Below, piece by piece: positions 1 through 11,275 of a DNA stretch of 64,000 nucleotides. Position numbers and translations under genes: made by a program. The number at the start of each line of letters is the position of its first letter. Within the stretch, counting starts at the first letter, position 1. Under the pieces are notes generated by a model. The model worked only from the letters and a program-made list of their open reading frames with translations. It was not told where the DNA came from and made no database searches. The DNA comes from Reclinomonas americana ATCC 50394 (lineage: Eukaryota), in NCBI GenBank assembly GCA_048213135.1, contig PS015295.1, forward strand, positions 14,449 through 78,448, read 5' to 3'.

Positions 1-150
<150 letters not shown>

Positions 151-154
151 GACC

Positions 155-3100
155 TTGCAGGAATCGCTGCGGGCTGCCCTGTTGCGGCGAGCCTGGCGGT
201 GGCTGGCGACCGAGAACACCCATTTCGATGTCACGCGGCGGACTGTAGATTTCAGAACAACCGCTCATGTCGGGGAAGATTGGCGGAATCACAACCGCCG
301 GCGGAGGCTTCGGGCACGGGTTGCGGCACGCGCGTCGACAGCAGCGGCGGCATGCGAATCCCATGCGAATGCAGCAATTGCACGAACAGCTGCGGCAGCA
401 GGCGCACATCCACGAGCAGTCGGGGCAGCCGTTTCGCATGCAGCAGACAATGATACTGCGTGGCGGGCACAAAGTGTGAGACGGCAGTCTGACCATGCGC
501 GTGACCGTTCTCCACCACCCAACGCAACATGATGAGGACAACCAGACCGCCAGCTCCTCCGACTGCCGCACCAACAATCAGACCGATATTCGCCTTGCCG
601 CCGGTGGTGGTCGTCGTCGTCGTTGTCGAGGAGTCACCACCATTGTTAGAGGGTACGCTGCTGCTGCCGGCCACTGCGGCGTACGCAGTGGCAATCGTCT
701 GCAGCTGCGACGTCGACAGGCACACCGAGCTCGAAGTTGAAAACATGAAATAGTTCATGCGAGTCACATCTGCACAACAGCAGCAGCAGCGGTTAGAAGT
801 CTGTCATCTGCGTCTTCCAAGTATCGAGCGCAACGCAACTGTCCATATTGCTGAGCGTGTCCGTGTCGTCGTTCGTGTCGGAGGAGATTGTGTGTGTCAC
901 TTGAGACGACTGCGATTGCGGAAGGATCCACAACTGCGCATGACAAAGAAGAAGCATACTGTAAACACACGAGATGGTGGAGCAACATGGAGACGAAGGA
1001 CGACAAGAGGCGCACGTGGTACAAACTGGGATCGCCTGAGCCGCACACGCTCTTGCACTGCGGTGATGTCGACGGTGAGCGCACGTATAATAGGACACAG
1101 AGGAGGGGTTGTTACGCAACGTACACGGACCAGGCGGCCAAATTGCCTGACGAGTCGGNNNNNNNNNNNNNNNNNNNNNNNNNNNNNNNNNNNNNNNNNN
1201 NNNNNNNNNNNNNNNNNNNNNNNNNNNNNNNNNNNNNNNNNNNNNNNNNNNNNNNNNNNNNNNNNNNNNNNNNNNNNNNNNNNNNNNNNNNNNNNNNNNN
1301 NNNNNNNNNNNNNNNNNNNNNNNNNNNNNNNNNNNNNNNNNNNNNNNNNNNNNNNNNNNNNNNNNNNNNNNNNNNNNNNNNNNNNNNNNNNNNNNNNNNN
1401 NNNNNNNNNNNNNNNNNNNNNNNNNNNNNNNNNNNNNNNNNNNNNNNNNNNNNNNNNNNNNNNNNNNNNNNNNNNNNNNNNNNNNNNNNNNNNNNNNNNN
1501 NNNNNNNNNNNNNNNNNNNNNNNNNNNNNNNNNNNNNNNNNNNNNNNNNNNNNNNNNNNNNNNNNNNNNNNNNNNNNNNNNNNNNNNNNNNNNNNNNNNN
1601 NNNNNNNNNNNNNNNNNNNNNNNNNNNNNNNNNNNNNNNNNNNNNNNNNNNNNNNNNNNNNNNNNNNNNNNNNNNNNNNNNNNNNNNNNNNNNNNNNNNN
1701 NNNNNNNNNNNNNNNNNNNNNNNNNNNNNNNNNNNNNNNNNNNNNNNNNNNNNNNNNNNNNNNNNNNNNNNNNNNNNNNNNNNNNNNNNNNNNNNNNNNN
1801 NNNNNNNNNNNNNNNNNNNNNNNNNNNNNNNNAAGGGATCACGCTGCGGAGTGATGACGCCGAAGAGTTGAGGTTGGAGAGCAGCGTGTTGAGTGCGGTG
1901 GTGTCGGTCGAAGGCGACGGTGCAGGTTGCGTGTTGCCGACGACGGCCGAGAGGAAACTTTGTGCCGTGTACGTAAAGTCGGTCGACGAGTAACACAAGG
2001 AATTGGTGCCAGCAAAGAGGACGTAGTACAACTCGGTCACCGCTGTTTTCGAGCGAGCGAGCGAGTGAGTGCGAGTCCGAGAAACGTGGATATAAGCAGA
2101 TCCGAGAACGTACAAGATGCACTCTGCAGCGCGTCCAAGTCCGAATCTGTTGTGCTGCCAATGACCTGGTTGATGGATGTCGCCTGCGATTGCGGAACCA
2201 TCCAGATCTGCGAGACACAACAAGAAAAAAACTGGTGAGGCACGGTGAACGAGGAGCGGCATGACAGACACGCCGCGCGCAACATGATTGATGCTCGGAT
2301 CGCCACTGTTGCAAATGTTCTTGGTCTGCGCACAGATGAGTGAGTAGAGCCCACAAGCACGCACGGCACACGACAAAGAAGGAGAGCGCAACAAACACGG
2401 TCCACGAGGAGGAGTTACCGCTGTCGGTGTTGACCGACAGAGTGAAGCGGTTCGTGCGTTGCACGCCGTCACCGTCGGCTCCATTGCCACCCGTGGTGGA
2501 GAAGCTGCTGACGCTGACGGCCCGCGCTGCCCACACAAAGAGGCCGGCGGAGTACTTGAGCGTGGCGTACTGCACACCGGTGATCGCACTTGAAACGGAG
2601 CCGCCAGTGTAGGGGCACACCAGCGAGCCGGCATTGAGAGTGTTGCCACTGTGAATGCAAGAGAGTCAGTGAGTGACGACGACGGCGACGACAATGATGC
2701 GGATATGTGGGAGGGGCAAGAGGCGGACGTCACCTGTCGTACATGTCACTGCCACCGTCGACGATCAAGGTGTCGCCTGCGGTGTCGCCGCCGCTAAAGG
2801 CGAAGCGATTGGTAATGGTGTTGGCAATGGCCGTCGAGAAGCTGTTGATGCGGTTGATGGCGGTGGCCAGCGTGACGCCAGAGCCTGCACGGGGCACAGC
2901 AGAGGGGCATCAGTGAAGAGACGCAGAATATCTGTCCGCCTCCGGAGAGTGTGCTTCTCTTCACGCCGGACGACAAGAATGGGCAATCAATGCAGCAAAA
3001 TGGAACACGCATGCACATGACGCAATGATGTGTGCGTGCGTGCATGCGAGAGGGGGATGGGAAGGGAGGTGTGGGGCAAGAGAGAGAACGCACCAATGGT

Positions 3101-3175
3101 CTGCGCGGAGACGGAGTGTGCGCACAACAAGAGTGCAGCCGTCAGCGCAATAAACACTAGGAATCGGCGGCGCAT
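155..3175 (-). CDS. Type I membrane protein with signal peptide, tandemly duplicated extracellular domain, TM helix and Cys-rich cytosolic tail (multi-exon, 3' end outside window, internal gap)
   Basis: ATG 3175 MRRRFLVFIALTAALLLCAHSVSA signal; DGGSDMYDSGN and GGNGADGDG motifs; repeated KNICNSGDPSINHIW / KSVCGSGDPSLYHLW; TM IGLIVGAAVGGAGGLVVLIIIIV followed by CCMRNGCPDCSWMCACC; GT-AG introns restore the frame. Confidence 0.75.
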
Positions 3176-3498
3176 GATGGTGCGTGCGTGTGCGTGTGAG
3201 CGATGGGGGAGCTGAAGGGAGACAAAGGGAGAGAAGAGTGAGGTGAGGAGGGGGAGAGGGGGGGAAGGGATGGGGGGAGGTGTGCGCACACGCAAGAAAA
3301 ATTGTCAGAGTTAAATCTGTCATGTGGTGTCGGGATTCCAAATCCGGCCGGCGGTGTGCTCCGAGGTCGGGTGAGCAGAGGAGTGCAGATAGTGGGTGGG
3401 TGGATGGACGCCTGTCACACATTGTGTGTTGGAAGAGTGGGTGACTTTCTGGATTCACGGACGTCGACGAGTGTACCCAATATCGATATCGAAGTCGA

Positions 3499-3601
3499 CT
3501 GTGGTCAACGTCGTCTTCAACCCTCGGTCCTCTTGTTTTCTCGCTGTGCGGCCACCGGTCAGTGGCTGCCACAGTGTTTGAAATCACTGCTGCGACAACA
3601 A
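3499..3601 (+). repeat. Left copy of ~100-bp direct repeat flanking the retroelement
   Basis: ctgtggtcaacgtcgtcttcaaccct...gaaatcactg...cgacaacaa matches 5941-6042 with about 8 differences. Confidence 0.95.
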
Positions 3602-3800
3602 CAGCAACTTTAAANNNNNNNNNNNNNNNNNNNNNNNNNNNNNNNNNNNNNNNNNNNNNNNNNNNNNNNNNNNNNNNNNNNNNNNNNNNNNNNNNNNNNN
3701 NNNNNNNNNNNNNNNNNNNNNNNNNNNNNNNNNNNNNNNNNNNNNNNNNNNNNNNNNNNNNNNNNNNNNNNNNNNNNNNNNNNNNNNNNNNNNNNNNNNN

Positions 3801-5836
3801 AGCACAACACTGATCTGATGGCGGTGCGTGATGACGTTCATCGATACAAGGAGACGGAGGCTGTGTTTACGTTTGTGGACCTTACCAATGCATTCGGCTC
3901 GGTGGACCACGCCATGCTACTGATGGAGATGCACCTCATCGGCATTCCCAAGTGCTTGATCGAGTACGTGAGACAGATGCTGCATGGTCTGCAACAACGA
4001 CTGGTACGGTGGGACCAAACTGACGACCGGCAACGTTTCGGTAATGTCATCAACCCCAACCGTGGCCTCAATCAGGGTGACCCATTGAGTGCCATGCTGT
4101 TCAACCTGTATCTGGAGCCGGTCATTCGGATAAGAAAGAAAAACACTTCATTCACCACATTCCAATAATGCGACAAATGTCCACTTACGTCGCCGGAGAA
4201 CACTCAATCGTTCGGCTACGTGTTCAACAGCAATCACAACCTGGCGGTATCGGTGTTGGCGTACATGGACGACATCACCCTCATTGCCAAGAGTCCCAAG
4301 GCAGCGCAGCGACAGTGCGGCTTGATGGCGACGTACCTGAGCATCGTCGGTATGGAGCCCAACATCGACAAGACTGTTGTTGCCTACCTGGCGCAGGAGG
4401 AAGGCAGGACTGTGCTGGCGCATCCACAGCAACCCATTGAATTGTGTGGTGGCAAGGTCAAGTGCGTCAGCGCGGAGGACCCACCTGTGCGTGTTCTCGG
4501 GCTCTTCCACAACTTCGGCGAGGTGGCCAACACACCCGGCCTGAACAAGGTTACCGAACTTCTCGACAAGAAAATCAGGGTCAACGGGCAGACGCTGGTG
4601 GACGTCGACTCGATGCTGCATCCGACTCACAAGGTCAATGCCATCAAGCGGTTCATTGTGCCATCGGCAACGTTCTACTCGCTGGGCGGTATGGTGACGG
4701 ACACCATGGCCAAGAACTACGACAAGGCCATCAACCGGCAATGCAAGATGTCGCTCGGTCTCACCACCACAACAAAAACCAGACACGGTGGCGAACGAGA
4801 CAAGGGTATCAAGACTGCCAGCAAGATGATCAACTGCAACGGGCCTGAAGGCTTTGGTGTCACGCCGCTCAACCAGCACAACGACGCCATGCGGATGCGC
4901 NNNNNNNNNNNNNNNNNNNNNNNNNNNNNNNNNNNNNNNNNNNNNNNNNNNNNNNNNNNNNNNNNNNNNNNNNNNNNNNNNNNNNNNNNNNNNNNNNNNN
5001 NNNNNNNNNNNNNNNNNNNNNNNNNNNNNNNNNNNNNNNNNNNNNNNNNNNNNNNNNNNNNNNNNNNNNNTGTCGGAGACGCCCATGCACGTCCTCAACA
5101 GCTGTCCAGCTCACGAGTGCGGATTGACGGTCAATGGTAATGAGATGCCGGCCCATGCCCCGTATCGACGATGTGTTGGTGTGGAGCCAGTCAAGATAAT
5201 AATAGAAACTTCACTGATCCATACACAACAATGAGCATCTACCAGTGATCGCCAACAAGTCTCGTGTGCTTTCTGTACACGAAGCGGCATGACGCTGTAC
5301 TGGAACTCGTTGTTGACGAGATGGAGAAGCACAAGGAGCGCAACGGCATGCATATGCGCAACGTCCGTGTTGACAAAACTGTACCGGATGACTGGCTGCC
5401 GGAAGGCCACCCTGATGTTGGTCTGCGCCCTGACATTGTCGCGGAACGTGGTGACACGATCTACATGGCTGATGTGACCATCACCTTCCCGCAAGACAAG
5501 TGCTCTGACGGTGACACGCGGTCCACTCTGCAACGTGCTCACGATGAGAAGGCTGGAAAGTACCTACGCCTTGCTCAAGCCGTTCAGGAGCGTACTGGCA
5601 AGCGAGTCGTGTTCGTACCGTTGGTCTTTGGCACTGGCCATGGTGGCATTGTGTCGAAACTGACAGCCAATGGTCTGGCCGATTTGGTGCACAAGCATTC
5701 TGCCAGCCAGCGACGCAGTGATGATGACACCGAGCGGCTGCTGCGCAGGTGCTGTGCGTCTGTCGCCCGACACGATCATGTCATTTGGGCGGCACACGTG
5801 GCTGCCTGTGTTCGCGTCACCTCTGCACGGCAGTAA
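3801..5836 (+). mobile_element. Non-LTR retrotransposon of the R2 superfamily (RT + CCHC knuckle + restriction-like endonuclease), interrupted, probably defective
   Basis: RT motifs FVDLTNAFGSVDH, GLNQGDPLSAMLFNLYLEP, LAYMDD; knuckle ETPMHVLNSCP; RLE motifs KRHDAV, LRPDIV, ADVTITF, EKAGKY, FVPLVFG; in-frame TAA at 4166-4168 and an insert at ~5112-5266. Confidence 0.9.
5112..5266. mobile_element. Possible MITE-like insertion with imperfect terminal inverted repeats inside the retroelement ORF
   Basis: Begins cacgag, ends ctcgtg; inner arms ttgacggtcaatggta versus reverse complement ttggcgatcactggta; separates CP from LYTKRH, which normally lie about 9 residues apart. Confidence 0.5.
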
Positions 5837-5940
5837 CTGCTGACACTGGCTCTGCTTGCACGCAACCAGCATGTCTTGCACGTTCTTCCCCTCCACCGCC
5901 ACCACTGTACATAATGACGACGACAACAACAACATTGTGT

Positions 5941-6066
5941 CTGTGGTCAACGTCGTCTTCAACCCTGAGTCCTCTTGTTTCTCACTGTGCGGCCACCGGT
6001 CAGTGGCTGTCACGGTGTTTGAAATCACTGATACGACAACAATGACAACAACAACAACAACAACAA
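5941..6066 (+). repeat. Right copy of ~100-bp direct repeat followed by (CAA)n
   Basis: Near-identical to 3499-3601, followed by acaacaacaacaacaacaac. Confidence 0.95.
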
Positions 6067-6980
6067 CCGCCCCTACCACCAGCCACCACCGATATGAGCC
6101 TCATGATCACCAACAACATGACAAGCTCTCTCCTGTTTTCAACCACGCCACCAACGTACGATCGCGACACCACCACTGTTTGCTTTTGCTTTGCCTGCTT
6201 CACGGATCCGGACCCGGCTTCGCTTTGTTTGCCTGGCTTATGGCCTTTTCCCGAATTCGATGTGCCGTGTACGATCGCAGAAAACGCTATGCGTCTATGC
6301 AAGTGCGTCAAATCCAATGGTCAATTGCAACCACGCTTATNNNNNNNNNNNNNNNNNNNNNNNNNNNNNNNNNNNNNNNNNNNNNNNNNNNNNNNNNNNN
6401 NNNNNNNNNNNNNNNNNNNNNNNNNNNNNNNNNNNNNNNNNNNNNNNNNNNNNNNNNNNNNNNNNNNNNNNNNNNNNNNNNNNNNNNNNNNNNNNNNNNN
6501 NNNNNNNNNNNNNNNNNNNNNNNNNNNNNNNNNNNNNNNNNNNNNNNNNNNNNNNNNNNNNNNNNNNNNNNNNNNNNNNNNNNNNNNNNNNNNNNNNNNN
6601 NNNNNNNNNNNNNNNNNNNNNNNNNNNNNNNNNNNNNNNNNNNNNNNNNNNNNNNNNNNNNNNNNNNNNNNNNNNNNNNNNNNNNNNNNNNNNNNNNNNN
6701 NNNNNNNNNNNNNNNNNNNNNNNNNNNNGTTGTTGTTGGTGATATCTGTTTCCACCAGCCAATATCGGCGCGATTAATACCACACTGTACTCCCAGCACC
6801 ACCTTCACCACCTCCACTACGCTGCGAAAGAAAAGCACTCCATCATTTCCGTGTGCTCGCTCAACAGCAAGGTCGGCCATTTCCGACGAGAGGCAGTTGG
6901 CACGCGCATCACATAACATTGATCAATGTATTCATCAACAACAACGCTTCTTTTCTTGTTGCTTCGAGAGAACAGACAAC

Positions 6981-8426
6981 ATGGGTCTCCCCGACTATCT
7001 CAAGCGCATGGACGCTTTCGTGCGTCCGGTGCGCGATCAAGACACCAACACCACTTTCGGTGAGTGTGTTGTACGAGTGCGTGCGATCGTCGAAACATAT
7101 CGGCGCACTCAACTGTTTTTACCCAGGCGGCATTATGACGATGCTGCTGTTGACGAGCGTGATCACCTACGTCGCACTCATCACCGCACAATACGCCCGG
7201 AACCCGCGAGTGGAGAACACGCAGGTGCTGCCGGCTGGCGACATTTGTTGCGTCGCACCACACCTGTTTTCACCACTGGCGCGTGCCAATCGACCACTCA
7301 CCGTCACTCTCCCCTCTCGCTCTCGCTCCCTCTCCTTCAGTGCCGATCATCGAGTTTACGTGCCGCGCCAACACTTGCGTCTACGCTGGCGGCTACCTCA
7401 ACATTGGTGACGGGTGAGTGAGCGATCATCGCGAGTGAGCTCGAGTCAACGCCGATCATGATCACTCACGGATCACACAGTGCTCGCTGCTTCTACGGTG
7501 GCGCTGTTGCGGGGTGCACCACCATGCGTCTAAACGAAGTCAAGCGTATTCCAGTCTGCTTCTCGCCTGGTGAGTGCGAGTGAGTGAGTGGAGTGCACGT
7601 GGCCGTGGACAACTCCGCCTGATGCAACTCCTTCAATGCAGATCCGATTGACGGCCTCAAGGTGTACTGGAAGAACAGCGACATCCCAATGCCAAGCACG
7701 CCCAACTGCACCACCAGCCGCAACACGCCGTGGAGCCTCACCGATTACTGCTTCTCGTCGCCCTTTGGCATCTCCATTGCCCAGTCGCGCCGCGATGACA
7801 CTGGCAAGTGGATCGACTACCAATCGCCCCTGGCCAGCCAGCAGCAGATCTTGACGTACGCCGAGGTACGATGATGTTGCCGCTGCGACCGGCAATCACT
7901 TGTGCACACATTCACTCACTCACTCACTTCCCCGCTTCACCACCAGACTGACGACCAGATCGAAAACGTGGTGAAGAAATCGTGGTTCTCCGAGACCGTG
8001 CAGGTCGACATCACCGACCAGATTTGCAACAACATGGTCGACACGACGTGGTCCAAGGTGATCATGATGCACGTGTTTGTTTTCGGGAGAGAAACTTGCG
8101 CTCGCTCACTCATACCCGGGCCCTTCTCCATCAGGCACACATCAAGTTGGCGCCGACCTACGCCAAGACCGTCATCTCCAAGCGCTCCATTCTCGACGCC
8201 TTGGGCACTGTCGGCGGTTTCAGTTGCGCGAGTAGTGACCATAGACCGTGCATTTGTGTGTGCTGACTGCAGTGCGCCACAGTCTCGCTCGCCTTCCAAA
8301 TACTGCTGATCACCACGTTCATCTTCCGCTTCATCCGCAACCGCCGTCGCCAGCAGGAAGCGGCCAGCACGTCCCCAGCCTCCGCCGAAGACGTGGAGAA
8401 CGGTCGCACCGCGCAGGAGCCCTACT
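6981..8426 (+). CDS. Two-TM membrane protein with a large Cys-containing loop (ERGIC/ENaC/PAC-like architecture), 3' end in gap
   Basis: MGLPDYLKRMDAF..TTFGGIMTMLLLTSVITYVAL (TM1); KRSILDALGTVGGFISLAFQILLITTFIF (TM2); seven GT-AG introns give a continuous frame. Confidence 0.65.
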
Positions 8427-8847
8427 NNNNNNNNNNNNNNNNNNNNNNNNNNNNNNNNNNNNNNNNNNNNNNNNNNNNNNNNNNNNNNNNNNNNNNNNNN
8501 NNNNNNNNNNNNNNNNNNNNNNNNNNNNNNNNNNNNNNNNNNNNNNNNNNNNNNNNNNNNNNNNNNNNNNNNNNNNNNNNNNNNNNNNNNNNNNNNNNNN
8601 NNNNNNNNNNNNNNNNNNNNNNNNNNNNNNNNNNNNNNNNNNNNNNNNNNNNNNNNNNNNNNNNNNNNNNNNNNNNNNNNNNNNNNNNNNNNNNNNNNNN
8701 NNNNNNNNNNNNNNNNNNNNNNNNNNNNNNNNNNNNNNNNNNNNNNNNNNNNNNNNNNNNNNNNNNNNNNNNNNNNNNNNNNNNNNNNNNNNNNNNNNNN
8801 NNNNNNNNNNNNNNNNNNNNNNNNNNNNTAAGAGAGAGGGAGCACGG

Positions 8848-8896
8848 ATGACTCGTGGCAGTCAAAGGGAGCGAGATCGCGAGCGCGGTTGCGTAG

Positions 8897-8943
<47 letters not shown>

Positions 8944-9372
8944 TTCACGCACTCCACATTGCGCATCATGTGTGACGTCACTCGTTTTCAATCACTCACA
9001 CGCGCACACACTCTCTTTCCATCTCGTACACAGCCAAGGCGCGCACTGACAAGTTGGCGCCGAAGAAGGGCACGGCAGATCGCGAACGGTTTGCTTCTGA
9101 GCTCTATTTTTGGTGTCCGAGCCATCTCTCTCTCTCTTCTCACACACTCTCTCTGTAGTGACGCCGAGGCCATTCGTGCCAAGCAGGCGGCCAAGGCGGC
9201 GGCCAAGGCAGTGGAGAGCGAAGGCGGTGCTTCGGGCTCCAATGAGGGCGCCAGTCGGCCCAAGTACGTGGACCCTCTCAAGGCACTGGAGGAGGCTCGT
9301 GCTCACAACGCCGCACTCTTTGAGAAGAACAAGTCGCACCCGGGCAAGGCCAAGTTGCAAAAGGGCAAATGA
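8848..9372 (+). CDS. SERF: SERF/4F5-family small EDRK-rich protein (3 exons)
   Basis: Spliced MTRGSQRERDRERAKAR...RERDAEAIRAKQAAK matches the SERF signature MTRGNQRE..R..DA..MR.KQ. Confidence 0.85.
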
Positions 9373-9444
9373 GTTGATTTTGCTGGAGTGTTGTGTGAAG
9401 GTGGTCGAGTGTAGATACGTTGTAGCTTACTTTTTGTCTCTCGT

Positions 9445-10899
9445 TCATGGTGGTTTCACGGAGAGATCGCGATAGCACTGGGCGACCTGTTCCATCTCCA
9501 CCAGTGATTCGCGGATGTGGTCTGCGTCGACACCCTTGGCTTCGTAGTGGTGCAGGTAGGCGCCACTCTGCATGGTTTCGGTGGCACGGGAGAGCAGGCG
9601 ATCGAGGCCGCGTAGGGCGTACTGGCTGTTGCCGGTGGCGGCACCGACACCGGCGAGTCCTTCGAAATCGACGCCGGGAGCAATGGACAACTGGAAGAAG
9701 CCGGGCGAGAGCACGTCCCGCATGGCGGTGAAGCGCTGCAGGTGCTCCTTGCGAACGGAACTACCGCACACGCACACACACACACACACACGATGAGGTC
9801 GTGTGCGCACAACAGGAGACACTGACTGCGAACCTGACATCGCTGCCGCGCAAGGTGACCCACCAGGCGGCCGACTGCAGCGCCGCCGCAGGATCGGTGG
9901 TGAGGCGTCCGCGCTCGTCGACATTCACCGACGACCAGTCCATCTGACCGTCGATGCACGTTCCCGTCGCCATCATTTGTGTCAGCTGCCGCGCAATGCC
10001 ACTCCACGTGTGACTGGTGAAGGCGCGCGATCCGCTGGCCACCTGTGGCACGACAAAGTTGTGCAGCAGTTTGCGCGCCGGATGGGCACACATGTCGGCG
10101 GTGAGTCGAGTGGCCGGATCGACAGCAAAGTCCCACCACGGCAGCGAGGAGCTCCACGATGGACTGTCGAGCGACGCATCACACGATGGCAACAGTGCGG
10201 CAGCCACACCCCTCGCCAGCACTCCATTCATGTCGGCAAACGACGGCCGTGCAATGCCCATGAGTCCGCGACACACCTGATGCAGGTGATCGTTCTCCGT
10301 AAACGCAATCGCATCCGACGATCGGTGCAGCTCGGCAAGTGTCAGCAGCGCGTTGTAGTGCTGCACAATCACGTCGCCGGCCTCGTGCGGCCACACCACG
10401 TGCGAGATGAGCGCCGTTGCCGGGTATTCGTCACGCAGCTCGTTCCACACGTACGCTCCGAGACCAGAGCCCGTACCACCCGCCAGCGACGACAAGCCCA
10501 GCAACGCCGCCAGTGCATCGCACTGCTCCGCCTGCCGTCGCACCGCATCCAACACCGATTCCCGACACAGTGGTCCGTTTTTCACAAAGCCCAGTGCCCA
10601 GTTGTTGCCGGAACCGCCCTGGAGGAGAAGGGAGGCGAGGCTGAGGGTAAGGAGAGGCACAGACAACCTCTCTCCCTCCTCTCTCCCTTACCTGCCCGCC
10701 ATACACGACTGCTTCTGACGCGTATCGCCACAGCAGCGACTGCGATGAGGCACTGCCACTGTCACCAGTGCCTGCCTCCTGCTGCTGCTGCTGCTGTTGT
10801 TGTTGTCTCTGTGCGGAAAAGTCGAGTGCGCTCTGTATGGCCTTGGGCTCCATGTCGACCAGCACACATCGAGCCACTGACGATCATGAGGGAGAAGAG

Positions 10900-10933
<34 letters not shown>

Positions 10934-11196
10934 GGGAAGAGTACACACCACGCTCTGTGCGACCCGAGACTCGCGACCCCGGTGCTGGTCTGTGTGTGAA
11001 GAAGACGCGCTCAAACACCTCCTGAGCTGCCTCGGGCAGTCGCATGCATTCCTCTGAGAGCGGGCGTCATGTGTGAGTGTTGATGATAATGTGTGGGTGT
11101 TTGTGTTTGTGTGGCGCAACGGAGAAGTGTGTCCAGTACATGCGGGCCGACTTGGTTGCCACACTGCCCCAGCTGCAGTGTGATCCATTCGCGCAT
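9445..11196 (-). CDS. TUBD1: Delta-tubulin (multi-exon)
   Basis: MREWITLQLGQCGNQVG, ARCVLVDMEPK, GGSGNNWALG, SLAGGTGSGLG, VIVQHYNALLTL, GAYLHHY. Confidence 0.93.
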
Positions 11197-11275
11197 CAGC
11201 ACACACAAAACGAAGCAGACGAAGAGAGGGTTCGGGACAACTTCCATCCTCATTTATTCTCGAGTGCATTTGTTT

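Noticed and set aside
3322-3352. tRNA T-arm-like hairpin (ggattccaaatcc) upstream of the left repeat
   Set aside because: No cloverleaf, acceptor stem or proper GTTCRA box could be built.
4112-4188. Antisense GTAAGT...polypyrimidine...CAG intron-like stretch over the RT interruption
   Set aside because: Removing it would delete the conserved LEP residues and break the frame; probably coincidental.
5941-6042. Hammerhead or HDV ribozyme within the direct repeat
   Set aside because: No CUGANGA/GAAA core in the right arrangement on either strand, and no nested HDV pseudoknot found by eye.
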